Source of the DNA: Chloropicon primus | Lineage: Eukaryota | Assembly: GCA_023205875.1 (NCBI GenBank) | Contig: CP060756.1 | Coordinates: 806,001 to 870,000, forward strand | Reading direction: 5' to 3' | Length of the DNA: 64,000 bases | In this document: piece after piece, positions 9,523 through 19,623 of the stretch | Layout of the letters: each line of letters begins with the position of its first letter | Numbering within the stretch: position 1 is the first letter of the stretch | The notes under the pieces: generated by a model | The model's database searches: none | What the model was told of the DNA's origin: nothing | What the model saw: the letters and a program-made list of their open reading frames with translations, nothing else | Made by a program: the position numbers and the translations under genes

Positions 9523-11412
9523 TTACGCCTGGCTGTCCACCAACTTTTTCAACAGATCGTTCGTCCTGTGCAATACTACGAACCAGGTCTCCTCGAAACC
9601 TTTCGAAGAGCCGCTCGCACCCTCGTCGAGCAGGCAGCCGTCGCATTTGACCCTGGGACCGGCGATCGACGAGGCGCGCTCCCCCAAGTCCCCGAGCGAA
9701 CGCATGTGAGTCGAAGAGGTTTCGCTCTCCTTCAATTTCGATGCGAGAGAGGCGCCGAGCTCCGTGATAAAGACGGCGTCGCAGGCATACCTGAATTGCC
9801 TCGAGGCGGACGGCTTCGCCTGCAGATACAGTTTTGCCACGCCCCCGCACAGGATTTCAAGGAGTCCCTCGACTATGGCGTCCATCAAATCTGCGGGAAG
9901 CTCCACGAAGGACGCCCTTGCGCATATGGCGTTGCAGAAGCAAGCAAAGCCCACTAGCACGGACTGAAGCTCTTCTTCCGGGCTCTTGTCCGACTCCCAC
10001 ATCTCTGGCCCCGTGCCCTCGAGAGGTCTGACGAAAAACTTTTGAGCATAGGAGTTTATGCACTCGCAAAGCCTTCTGGAAGTCTGGATCACCAGCTCGC
10101 TTGCGCCCTGGCTCAAGGTCAAGGACTTGAAGGACATGTCGAAGCTGGTGGGCTGCCCCAGAGACTCTTCCGTGTCCCCCCTCATGCCATGAACGACGGT
10201 CCTGAGCATGGCCAACGAGTTGAGCAAGACGACGAAGGAATCAAAGTCCATGTCGTGGCCCCCAACTTTGGTCTTCACGGCGTCCTCCAAGCGAATCAGG
10301 ATGTCTGACACGACGCAAAAGGAGGTTGCGACCAGCATGTGGTCTGCGCAACTCTCCTTGCTGCACCCCCGGCCCTCCCACAGGCAAAGAAGGAAGTCCA
10401 AGAGGCTGTGGAAAGGCTTGTGGACCATCCCATGCAAGCCAGACTGCCTGGCAATGTCCCTTACACTGCACAGGTCGTCGCGCTTGTCGTCGGCTCCGCT
10501 TGCCAGGCAACCCGGCTGAAAGAACTGTTGCCCCGAGAGAACGTGACGATCCACCAACTCTTTCAATTTCTCGCCGACTTGAAACCTTACGCTCTGCAAA
10601 ACTTTCTGCCACGCCGGGTGAAGTTCCCGGCTGATGTTGCTCTTCAGTCTGATCCTCGTCTCCCGCAGCGCGCTCTGGTGGGACTGGCCCAGTTCACCTT
10701 CCAGGGTCCGAGAGAAAGAATCGAGGTAGCTGCCATAGGCGCCTGCTGAGGCCACCAGGAATTCCGAGCACTCGGCCAGAGAGAACTGCCCGCTCCGGTC
10801 GTGTTCGCTCACGCAGTGCTTCAGAACAGTGTCGACAAAGCTCTTGGCAAAGTAATTTTCCAGCAAACCTTCGGAGACGACGGTGAGGTCCGCACGCGCA
10901 GCAGTGAGCCACTGCTGCGCGTGTGCATCGCCCACAAGAGCACTCGCAGCCTTTGGGTCCGTCTCAGGCGTCCCATCTTCCCGCTCAATGCAGTGCAGCA
11001 GGTGCTTGTCAAAGGCCGAGAACACTCTGGCGAAACTGTCCTCGCCGCGGGACGAGTCGCTGGCGTCCCCCTGGCACTGCAAGCCGTACGCCAGGTGAAG
11101 GACATCGGACGCCGACAGAGAGTTCGGAATGCCCGCCCCGTCGTTGCGAAGACCATCCAGCAAGACCTTGAGAAGGAAATCCACCACCTCCTTTTTCGCT
11201 TTGAGTGCTCTTCTGTGCCCGGCTGGCGACCCCTGAGCGGAGGGCAGGGGAACCTCGGACGGGGAGAAGGGATCGGAAACACCTTCCCCTTGCTCGACCC
11301 CCTCCCGCCGAAGCCCGTCGAAGCGAGACACCCTCACCCAGGGCCTCAAGCTCGAGTCCTCCACCAGCACCTCTTCCAGCTTTTTCCACTTGTTGTTCGC
11401 CTCTCCTTCCAT
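9523..11412 (-). CDS. Hypothetical largely helical protein (~630 aa); start uncertain
   Basis: Long ORF with no competing gene; the ORF extension beyond ~11590 is antisense to the CDF transporter. Confidence 0.65.
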   Translation of the reverse strand: MEGEANNKWKKLEEVLVEDSSLRPWVRVSRFDGLRREGVEQGEGVSDPFSPSEVPLPSAQGSPAGHRRALKAKKEVVDFLLKVLLDGLRNDGAGIPNSLSASDVLHLAYGLQCQGDASDSSRGEDSFARVFSAFDKHLLHCIEREDGTPETDPKAASALVGDAHAQQWLTAARADLTVVSEGLLENYFAKSFVDTVLKHCVSEHDRSGQFSLAECSEFLVASAGAYGSYLDSFSRTLEGELGQSHQSALRETRIRLKSNISRELHPAWQKVLQSVRFQVGEKLKELVDRHVLSGQQFFQPGCLASGADDKRDDLCSVRDIARQSGLHGMVHKPFHSLLDFLLCLWEGRGCSKESCADHMLVATSFCVVSDILIRLEDAVKTKVGGHDMDFDSFVVLLNSLAMLRTVVHGMRGDTEESLGQPTSFDMSFKSLTLSQGASELVIQTSRRLCECINSYAQKFFVRPLEGTGPEMWESDKSPEEELQSVLVGFACFCNAICARASFVELPADLMDAIVEGLLEILCGGVAKLYLQAKPSASRQFRYACDAVFITELGASLASKLKESETSSTHMRSLGDLGERASSIAGPRVKCDGCLLDEGASGSSKGFEETWFVVLHRTNDLLKKLVDSQA

Positions 11413-11587
11413 GACGCGCCACGCCTTCCCGCCTGTCGAAACCAACGAAAGCGAAGGGAGGGAGGGATCCACCCGTCGTACTCCTCCCCCTCGTTCAGCG
11501 CACCCTGCGTAGGCCCCTCGAGGCCACAGCTGTCGCCCAGAGAGAGAGAGAAAGGGGCGCGCCACAAAAATCCACAATCGATGGATC

Positions 11588-13022
11588 ATGGCGCCCTCGG
11601 CCTCGGCCTCGGCTTGTTTGGGGGATGACTTGGAGGGGCAGGCGGAGGAGAAGCTCCTTCTGAGCGACGGAGGGAGCGAGCGGTCTTCAGATGGGGAGAC
11701 TACTTCTTCGTCGAGTTCCTGCTTTTCCTGCTTCGGAGGTCTGGGGGGGGAGGGGGAAAGGGCCAAGCTGAAGCGAAAGCTTCTCCTGGCAATCGTCTTG
11801 ACGTTTACGTTCATGATCGTAGAGCTGGTGGGGGGCTGGTTGTGCAACTCTCTGGCCATCATGACAGACGCTGCCCATATGCTCTCGTAAGTGGAGTCGA
11901 CGGTTTCGCTTTCTCGGGCCCACCTGTGCGGATGGGATGACTGGCTGACACCTCTTTCTCTCTCTTCGTCTCGACTGGTGTGCTTCAGGGACTCGACCTC
12001 TTTCTTCATCTCGTTCATGGCCGTCATGATTGCGAGCAAAAAGCCAACGAGGAAGTACACGTTCGGCTTCCAGCGCGTTGAAATCTTGGGCGCTCTGCTG
12101 TCGGTGATCATCATCTGGCTCCTAACGTTTTACCTGGTGGTGGAAGCCATCGGTAGAACGCGAGGCATTCTCTACGGGAACGAGACGGATCAAGTCGATG
12201 GCAAGACTATGGTGAGTCCCACGCACACTTCCCTTCCGCATCAGCAATTCTGACAGCCTCCCTCTCCCTTTGTAGACCATCATAGCGTGCATCGCCCTCG
12301 TGGTGAATTCTGCGCTTTTGCTCGTTCTCGGCCATGATCACGGTCACGGGCATGGGCACTGTCACGGTCACGGTCACGGTCATGGGCATGGGCATGGGCA
12401 CGACAACGGGCACGATCACGACCACGGGCACGATCACGACCACGGGCACGACCACGACCACGGGCACGATCACGACCACGGGCACGACCACAACCACGGG
12501 CACGACCACGACCACGGGCACGATCACGACCACGGGCATGGGGAAAACCTGAACCTGAGAGCTGCATACATTCATGCTTTGGGGGATTTGATCCAGTCTT
12601 TGGGGGTTTGCATTGCAGGGGTTGTTATCTGGATAAAGCCGAGCTGGCAGCTCGCGGATCCGCTTTGCACCTTCACCTTCTCGATCATGGTGCTCTACAC
12701 GACAATTCAGATACTGAGTCAAACGCTGGAGGTTCTGCTGGAGACTGTTCCGCCGAACGTGGACATCGTGAAGTTGAAGGGGGACATCGAGAGTCTCCCT
12801 CACGTTCGCGAGTGCCACGATCTTCACGTCTGGTCCCTGACGACGGGAACGGTGGTCTGCACAGCCCACATCGTTGTTGATGTGGAGACCATCTACGAGG
12901 CGAGCGAGATTCTGCACCAAGCAAAGGAGGTCTGCAAGAGGGAGAACGTAAGCCACGTCACGCTCCAATCGGAGGCCTACGGTAAAGCCTGCCCAACACA
13001 CCGTTGTTGGGACCAAAGCTAG
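11588..13022 (+). CDS. Cation diffusion facilitator, Zn transporter (MTP1/ZnT2-like); introns 11887-11988 and 12212-12275
   Basis: SLAIMTDAAHMLS/D, YTFGFQRVEILGA, His-rich loop, NLRAAYIHALGD, ADPLCT, HDLHVWSLT, HVTLQ; splice sites keep the frame. Confidence 0.93.
12333..12540 (+). repeat. His-rich coding repeat, (HG)n then (HGHDHD)n 18-bp units
   Basis: Units like CACGGGCACGA(C/T)CACGAC repeated about 7 times in the transporter loop. Confidence 0.9.
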
Positions 13023-13078
13023 GCCAGGCCTGTCTGGCGGGAAGTACACTACTGTAAAGTTTTTTCGTTCAATTTTAT

Positions 13079-13669
13079 TTACACAGGTTTTTGAGTCTCT
13101 TTGGCCTTTTCCTCCTCCAGATACTCGTCCACCCCAAGCATCTTGTGTATCTGCGCCTCCTGGGACTGGATGGCCTTGAGGAACTCGCTATATTGTATTT
13201 TGCCATCCGAGTCCACGTCAAAGTGTTTCAGAAAAGTCGCAACTTCTTGCTCGGTGAGCGGGTCCCCCAGTTCCGACATGGCAGCCATAAACTCGTCGGT
13301 CGTGATGCAACCGCTGCTATCCTTGTCAAAGTACTCGAAGGCCAGGCGGATCATGGTCTCCTCGTGCTTCTTCTCCGTGAGAAACCGCGCCCACAGGTGC
13401 GAGATCTCGCCAAAGGTCAGGTGCTTCTCGAGGGGAAGCATCATCCCCCTGTAGATGCTCCTTATCTTCGTTGGCATCGGGTTCAGACCTATCGTCTGCA
13501 GAATGGTCACGACGTCGTCGAAGTCATAATGCCCGTCCTCCACCTTGTACCCCAAACTCGTGATCGCTCTCGCAAGCATTTTGAGCTCCACCCTCCCAAG
13601 GCCACTGGTCTCGGCATAGTACGTCACATTCTTTATGGCAGACACCCGGTGGTGGAACAGAAAATTCAT
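13079..13669 (-). CDS. Calmodulin-like EF-hand protein
   Basis: Two canonical C-lobe EF-hands (DKDSSGCITTDE, DVDSDGKIQYSE); N-lobe degenerate. Confidence 0.85.
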   Translation of the reverse strand: MNFLFHHRVSAIKNVTYYAETSGLGRVELKMLARAITSLGYKVEDGHYDFDDVVTILQTIGLNPMPTKIRSIYRGMMLPLEKHLTFGEISHLWARFLTEKKHEETMIRLAFEYFDKDSSGCITTDEFMAAMSELGDPLTEQEVATFLKHFDVDSDGKIQYSEFLKAIQSQEAQIHKMLGVDEYLEEEKAKETQKPV

Positions 13670-13954
13670 GGTGGCGGACTCCTACCTCGCCTGGGACCAG
13701 CCGCAACGCCAAAGATGCTCCACTACTCCCCGCACCAACACACACACAAGTCTTGGCAACAACAAACTCGGTTCTCCGCGTCCTCGCGTTACGTTGTCCA
13801 ACCCAAACCTACTGAACTTTCCTCTACCCTCTCTACCCTCGCAATCCACCTTCGCATCCACCTCCTCTCTCCTTGAGCACCGTACCGTCCCAGTCCTCTT
13901 CCAACACAACCGCAACGAAGGGGACCACCGACAATGGAATAGACCCAAGCCTCA

Positions 13955-14001
13955 AGCAAAGCAAAGCAAGGCAAAGCAAAGCAAGGCAAAGCAAGGCAAG
14001 C
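13955..14001 (+). repeat. Pentanucleotide microsatellite (AAAGC/AAGGC)n
   Basis: About 9 units read directly. Confidence 0.8.
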
Positions 14002-14282
14002 ACCCCGCTCTTCCTCAAAAGTCAAGTCAAACTGGAACGGGAACGTCTCTCCTCGACCCAAGCCGGAAAGCAGAACGAGATTGAGCTTGAGGCCAGGAGC
14101 GCTTGGGCAGGAGAGTGTGCACCTGACTTGACTTGACTCCCCGGGAAGTGGAGTGCGAAGCCAAGGGGTCTGTGGGTTTGAATCTTGGGTGGCTGAGAGA
14201 GGCTCGGACGGCGAAAACCGGGCTGGTCTGGGCTTCTCGAGTGAGGCATATCTCACGTCACCTTGTGGAGGACAACTAGTGG

Positions 14283-15041
14283 ATGAGGATGAGGATGAGG
14301 ATGATGGCGAGGGGGAACGCATGCTCAGGGAATCCGGGGGGGACTGCGTCGTGCGATCGACGGTGGTTGGGGGGAGGGGGTCTTACAGCGGGGATCGTGT
14401 CGCCTCGGGGGCTGCGGCAGCGTCGGGACCCCCGTTCGGGCTGCAGACCGGAAGGCAGGGAGCCGGAGCCGGAGCCAGAAGCGGCCTCGACCGAGGCGGG
14501 AGGTTCCCCACTGGGGAGCTTGCTGCCCTCGCAGGCGCAGATCAGCGAAGGCTTCGAGAAGGTCGGGTTCGTGGGTGGCCAGGGCACTCGGGTCAAGTGG
14601 GGCGTGCTCCGGGAGAAGATCCCGGAGGGCGAGGCCCTGCCGAACCCAGAGGACCGGGAGAAGAGGAGGAGGGAGGCGGCCGAGAATCTTGTCAACATAG
14701 ATCAGGAGGAGAGGAGCCGGAGGCTGCTCGCCGGAAGCCTTGGAATGGTCGTCACCACGGCCCTGGCCTTCCTCTGCACCGGCCAGCCCTTCCTGGTCCG
14801 TTACCTTGGAGTTGGCGTCCCCCTCGGTCTGTCGCTTGGATTCCTCGTGAGCGGTCAGCAGGGCCTGTGAAACATAGGTCAAGCCGGCCTCTGGGATGTG
14901 GACGGCACAGGCATGCAGAAGATAGAGGACGAGGCGATATCGGAGCAGATCCTTTCCAAGGTGAACACCATGAACGGCAGGATGTTCCTCATCACGACAG
15001 CGCTTTCGATCGCCTACTCCGCTTTCCCCTTTCAGAACTAG
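14283..15041 (+). CDS. Membrane selenoprotein candidate (UGA-Sec at 14868-14870, ~252 aa), possibly algal MSP family
   Basis: The ORF continues in frame past TGA as GQQGL-U-NIGQAGLWDVDGTG...MFLITTALSIAYSAFPFQN to TAG at 15039-15041; three hydrophobic helices; SECIS-like hairpin 35 nt downstream. Confidence 0.85.
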
Positions 15042-15062
15042 GGAGAGAGAGCCGCTCTGCGG

Positions 15063-15138
15063 GACGCGCGTTAGCAATGATGCTGGGTGCGTAAAGTCAC
15101 GGACAGCACCCAGCGGAATAAACAGTCGTGAAGACGTC
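15063..15138 (+). promoter_or_regulatory. SECIS element (type II-like)
   Basis: ATGA core 15077-15080; perfect 9-bp stem GCTGGGTGC (15082-15090) with GCACCCAGC (15106-15114); AAA at 15093-15095; GTC/GAC mini-stem; GA at 15116-15117. Confidence 0.88.
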
Positions 15139-15461
15139 TAATGCAGCAACAACCTCTTTGCTTTCGAAAGAGAGAAGGTTTCCGTGCACATCAATCGTTT
15201 CCGTTGCATTTGGGCCCAGAGATCCATCGCCGCCTGCCCATCACAAATGTGGTGAACCTGGTCATCAGCCCACCTCTTGATTATGGCACGACCCGTCCCC
15301 CCCCCCTTACACAACACCTGCCACTCACCACCACCTTTCCATCATTCACCCTCCTCCTCCCCCTCCCCCCCCTTGATGCCACGCTCCCGCTCCCCAGGGG
15401 AGAGAGAGAGCTCGCGCGGCGGCATAGCAGGAGGTCACATTGGGTTGCAAAAGCGGGAACG

Positions 15462-17801
15462 ATGGAGGGCAACGGGTACTGCACTTGGAATCCTACCGCC
15501 GACAAGGCGACGGAGGAGAAGCTGGTGGTGAACAACACGCTCATTCGCTCGGGTCACGTTCCCTTCGCGCCCAAGGAGGGGAACAAGGTGAAGTGGTACA
15601 CATGCGGCCCTACTGTGTATGATGTGGCGCACATGGGTCACGCGAGGGCGTATCTGACCTTCGACATCCTCCGACGCATCCTGGAAGACTATTTCAACTA
15701 CGACGTGGTGTACCAGATGAACATAACGGACATAGACGACAAGATTATCGTTAGGGCAAGGAGGACGGAGCTCCTGAGGAAGTTCAGGGAGAAGGCGGTG
15801 TCGTCCGTGATATCGACGACGGACGTCGGGCAGCGAGTGCTGGACGCGGCCGAGAAGACGAAGGAGAGGGAGGAGGGCAAGCTCGAGGCGCTCAAGGCGG
15901 AGCTTGCCAAGGCCGTCGAAGTCTCGAAGAGCTCGAAAGAGAGCGCGATTCTCGACACCCAGGTGAAGGAGCAGGAGCTGAAGGTGTCCCAGGCCCAGGA
16001 GGCGCTTCGCAATGCCCAGACCGCTGTGGCGGAGCTGAACAAGTCCCCAAAGTCCGGGGACCTGCTGGAGGCGGTCCTGGAGGCGGCCAAGGATTCTCTC
16101 GCCGAGTCTCTCGACGCCGAGGAGGGCCACACCATGGGCGGCTCCAAGGACGAGGACCACAAAATCTTCAGGGAGCATGCCACCAAGTTCGAGGCCCTCT
16201 TCCACGAGGACATGACGAACTTGGGCGTCAGACCTCCCACGATTTTGACCAGGGTGAGCGAGTACGTTCCTGAGGTCGTGGCTTACATTGAGGGGATAGT
16301 GAAGAAGGGCTTTGCGTACGAGAGCAACGGCAGCGTCTACTTCGATACCTACGCGTTCATCCTGGCGGGCAACCAGTACAGGAAGCTCGAGCCGATGCCG
16401 CAGGTCCAGTGGGAGAGCATCAAGGCCGGGAAGGGGGCCTTGGAGGGCGAGGTGTCCGAGAAGAAGTCTCCCATGGACTTTGCGCTGTGGAAGAAGTCAA
16501 AGGCGGGAGAGCCGGCGTGGGAGTCCTCTTGGGGGCTCGGAAGGCCGGGGTGGCACATAGAGTGCTCGGCAATGGCGGGGGATGTGCTGGGAGACAACCT
16601 GGACATCCACGCGGGCGGGGAGGACCTCTGCTTTCCCCACCACGACAACGAGCTTGCCCAGTCCGAGGCCTACTGCGGCTGCAAGCAGTGGGTGAACTAC
16701 TTTTTCCACGCCGGGCACCTTCACATCAGGGGACTGAAGATGAGCAAGAGTCTTAAGAACTTCGTGACGATCCGACAGGCGCTCGAGGCGCACACTGCGA
16801 ACCAGATCCGCTTGCTGTTCCTCATGCAGAATTGGGACAAACCGATGCTGTACTCGGATCAGATGGTGGATGACGCGAAATCGAAGGAGGCCATGCTGAG
16901 GAACTTCTTTGGGGCAGTCAAGGGCCTGCTGAGGGAGACGCCACCGACGAAGTATGCCGCAGTCCCCCAGAACTGGCTCGAAGAGGAGTTCAGCCTGAAC
17001 GAGGAGCTCAACAAATGCAAGGCAGCGGTGCACTCGAGCTTGTGCAACAACTTTGACACCCCAAGCGCCATGGAAGCGATTTTCGCCCTTGTCTCGAGCA
17101 CAAACAAGTACATCAACCAGCCCGACAAGAAGGGCTTCCGTGTCATGCTCCTGAAGAGCATTGCCCTCTACATCACGAGAATTCTTCAGGTGTTTGGGCT
17201 GCTGGTGGACAGCGACAGCATAGGTTTCGGAGGAGGCGGAGGCGGCCAGGAGGACGCCGTTGAGAAGTACCTGGACGCTTTCGTTCACTTTAGGGATCAG
17301 ATCAGGTCGCTTGCCCGGGACAAGGGCATCAAGGACTTGCTGGAGCTCTGCGACAGCGTGAGAGACGACGTGTTCACGGAGCTCGGCGTCAGGGTCGAGG
17401 ACAGCACTCGCGAGGGCCAAGGGTCCCTTTGGAAGCTCGACGACCCGGCTGTCTTGAAGAAGGAGATCGAGGAAAAGAAGGCCAAGCAGAGGGAGATGGC
17501 CGAGAAGAAGAGGAAGAACAAGCTCCAGAAGTTCCAGAAGGAGCTCGCGAAGTGGGAAGGCATCGCCGCTGTCGCCCCAGAGAAGCTTTTCCTCGCGGAC
17601 GAGAAGTACTCCAAGTTCGACGACGGCGGACTTCCCGTGGCTCTCGCCAACGGGGATCCTCTGTCCAAGAAGCAGACCAAGAACTGCGTTAAGGAGATGG
17701 ACAAGCACAGGGCCAACTACCAGCAGCTACAGGACAAGCCGGGCGGGGCGGAGGCGTACTTGGACCAGCTCAGGAGAGACATCGAGGGCTTGCAGATATA
17801 A
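15462..17801 (+). CDS. CARS: Cytosolic cysteinyl-tRNA synthetase
   Basis: WYTCGPTVYDVAHMGH, NITDIDDKII, DFALWK, GRPGWHIECSAM, FPHHDNE, KMSKS. Confidence 0.97.
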   Translation: MEGNGYCTWNPTADKATEEKLVVNNTLIRSGHVPFAPKEGNKVKWYTCGPTVYDVAHMGHARAYLTFDILRRILEDYFNYDVVYQMNITDIDDKIIVRARRTELLRKFREKAVSSVISTTDVGQRVLDAAEKTKEREEGKLEALKAELAKAVEVSKSSKESAILDTQVKEQELKVSQAQEALRNAQTAVAELNKSPKSGDLLEAVLEAAKDSLAESLDAEEGHTMGGSKDEDHKIFREHATKFEALFHEDMTNLGVRPPTILTRVSEYVPEVVAYIEGIVKKGFAYESNGSVYFDTYAFILAGNQYRKLEPMPQVQWESIKAGKGALEGEVSEKKSPMDFALWKKSKAGEPAWESSWGLGRPGWHIECSAMAGDVLGDNLDIHAGGEDLCFPHHDNELAQSEAYCGCKQWVNYFFHAGHLHIRGLKMSKSLKNFVTIRQALEAHTANQIRLLFLMQNWDKPMLYSDQMVDDAKSKEAMLRNFFGAVKGLLRETPPTKYAAVPQNWLEEEFSLNEELNKCKAAVHSSLCNNFDTPSAMEAIFALVSSTNKYINQPDKKGFRVMLLKSIALYITRILQVFGLLVDSDSIGFGGGGGGQEDAVEKYLDAFVHFRDQIRSLARDKGIKDLLELCDSVRDDVFTELGVRVEDSTREGQGSLWKLDDPAVLKKEIEEKKAKQREMAEKKRKNKLQKFQKELAKWEGIAAVAPEKLFLADEKYSKFDDGGLPVALANGDPLSKKQTKNCVKEMDKHRANYQQLQDKPGGAEAYLDQLRRDIEGLQI

Positions 17802-18028
17802 TAGTGTCCAAGGCAACACAAATAATGCTGCCAGACTTCCAGAGAGAGGGAGAGGGAGCATTTAAAAAAATATTATAAATCATAGAAGAATGACATGATA
17901 GCATTCCATCAATCCCAGAGCCCGAATCCATCCTCCATCCTCTCTCCTCTCCTCTCCCCCAGACCAGGGAAGAGAAAGCAAGAGATTTCATTCGCAGCCC
18001 CCGATTGCGGCGCACCACGACCCGCGAG

Positions 18029-19447
18029 ATGGACCGCGAGCGCGAGAGAGAGCGCGGTTACAGGAGGAGGTCCAGGTCTCGCTCTCCGAGCGAGCGGCGA
18101 GACCGCGACCGGGACAGAGGCCGAGACCGCGACCGAGACAGGGGAAGAGACCGATCTTATTCCCCCCGGTCGAGGTCGAGGTCGAGGTCGAGGTCTCCTG
18201 GGTACAGCGACCGGCGCAGAGAGAGGCGGAGGCAGAGGGTTTCCGGGTTCGACCAAGGGCCGCCCAATGGAGGGAGGCCGGGCTACGGCCCCCCGGGAGG
18301 TTTCCCCCCTCGAGGCGCGCCCGGGTACGGGCCCTCCTCGGCGACTGGGAACCCGAACCCCTACCAGGCTCAGCAGCAGCCCCCTCGTATGCAAACGCAG
18401 GCGACAAGGCACGCGCGAAGGGTCTACGTCGGTGCGCTCCCGAACGGCCTGAACGACCAGATGATCGGCCAGTTCTTCGGCCAGGCCCTTCAGGCTGTCG
18501 GCGGCACGAAGCAGCCCGGGAGTCCCGTGGTCAACGTGTACTTCAACATGGAAAAGAAGTTCTCTTTCGTGGAGTTCCGCACGGTGGAGGAGTGCAGCAA
18601 CGCCATGGCCCTGGACGGCATTTACTTTGAGGGCAACAACATTCGGGTGAGGAGGCCGAACGACTACAACCCGGCCATGGCGGCGAGCCTGGGACCCTCT
18701 GCGCCGTCGCCAAACCTGAATCTCGACGTGGTGGGCTTGAAGGCGGGCGGCTACGTGAGCCCCAGCGATTCCCCGGACAGGATATTCATCGGGGGCCTGC
18801 CGTACTACCTGGAGGAGCAGCAGATACGAGAGCTGCTTGGGCAGTTCGGGTCCATCATGGCCTTCGACTTGGTGAAGGATAAGGAGACAGGAAACTCGAA
18901 GGGCTACGGCTTCGTCGTGTACGACGATCCCAGCGTTACGGACGCGGCGTGCTCCGGCCTCAACGGCTTGAGGATGGGCGACAAGACCTTGAGCGTGAGG
19001 CGCGCTGCGGAGGGGCTGAAGCAGCGCCAGCAGCAGGCCCAGCAGCAGGCCGAAATGGCCATCGCCATGGCGATGGGAAGGCCCCCTGCCCAGCAGCACC
19101 AGCACCAGCAGCACCAGCACCAGAAGCCCGAGGGGAACCCCACGGCGGTCGTCAGACTGTCGAACTGTGTCACCATTGCGGAGCTGGAGGACCCCGAGGA
19201 GTACGAGGAGATCGTTCTGGACATGAAGGAGGAGGCGGGGAAGTACGGCGACGTCGCCAGCCTCGTCATCCCCAAGCCTTCCCCCACCGAGACGGTGGAC
19301 GGCCTGGGGAAGGTCTTCGTCAAGTACAGGGAGGTCAGCCACGCCGTGGCGGCCTGCCAGGCCATGAATGGCCGCAAGTTCGGCGGCAACGTCGTGGTGG
19401 CAGACTACATGGACGAAATAAAGTTTGATCAAAGAGCCTTTTCCTGA
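18029..19447 (+). CDS. U2AF65: Splicing factor U2AF large subunit
   Basis: N-terminal RS domain, QATRHARRVYVG, RRPNDYNP, two RRMs plus a UHM domain. Confidence 0.96.
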   Translation: MDRERERERGYRRRSRSRSPSERRDRDRDRGRDRDRDRGRDRSYSPRSRSRSRSRSPGYSDRRRERRRQRVSGFDQGPPNGGRPGYGPPGGFPPRGAPGYGPSSATGNPNPYQAQQQPPRMQTQATRHARRVYVGALPNGLNDQMIGQFFGQALQAVGGTKQPGSPVVNVYFNMEKKFSFVEFRTVEECSNAMALDGIYFEGNNIRVRRPNDYNPAMAASLGPSAPSPNLNLDVVGLKAGGYVSPSDSPDRIFIGGLPYYLEEQQIRELLGQFGSIMAFDLVKDKETGNSKGYGFVVYDDPSVTDAACSGLNGLRMGDKTLSVRRAAEGLKQRQQQAQQQAEMAIAMAMGRPPAQQHQHQQHQHQKPEGNPTAVVRLSNCVTIAELEDPEEYEEIVLDMKEEAGKYGDVASLVIPKPSPTETVDGLGKVFVKYREVSHAVAACQAMNGRKFGGNVVVADYMDEIKFDQRAFS

Positions 19448-19623
19448 TTCTCTCGGCAGCGAGTAGTTTAAAGAAACAATCCGTTTCGAAGCGAAGCATT
19501 TCTTAGACAAGCAACACTAGGTTTTTGTTTTTAGGTTTTTGTTAGTGCGCGCTTCTCTTCTCCCCTCGTTCCGGCCACCGGCCAGCAGATCAGGATCAGG
19601 ATGCTTGCCAAGAGGATAAGAGG

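Noticed and set aside
14867..14877. GT...AG micro-intron that would remove the in-frame TGA
   Set aside because: Only 11 nt, far shorter than the other introns here (64 nt or more), and it would shift the frame; the SECIS explains the TGA better
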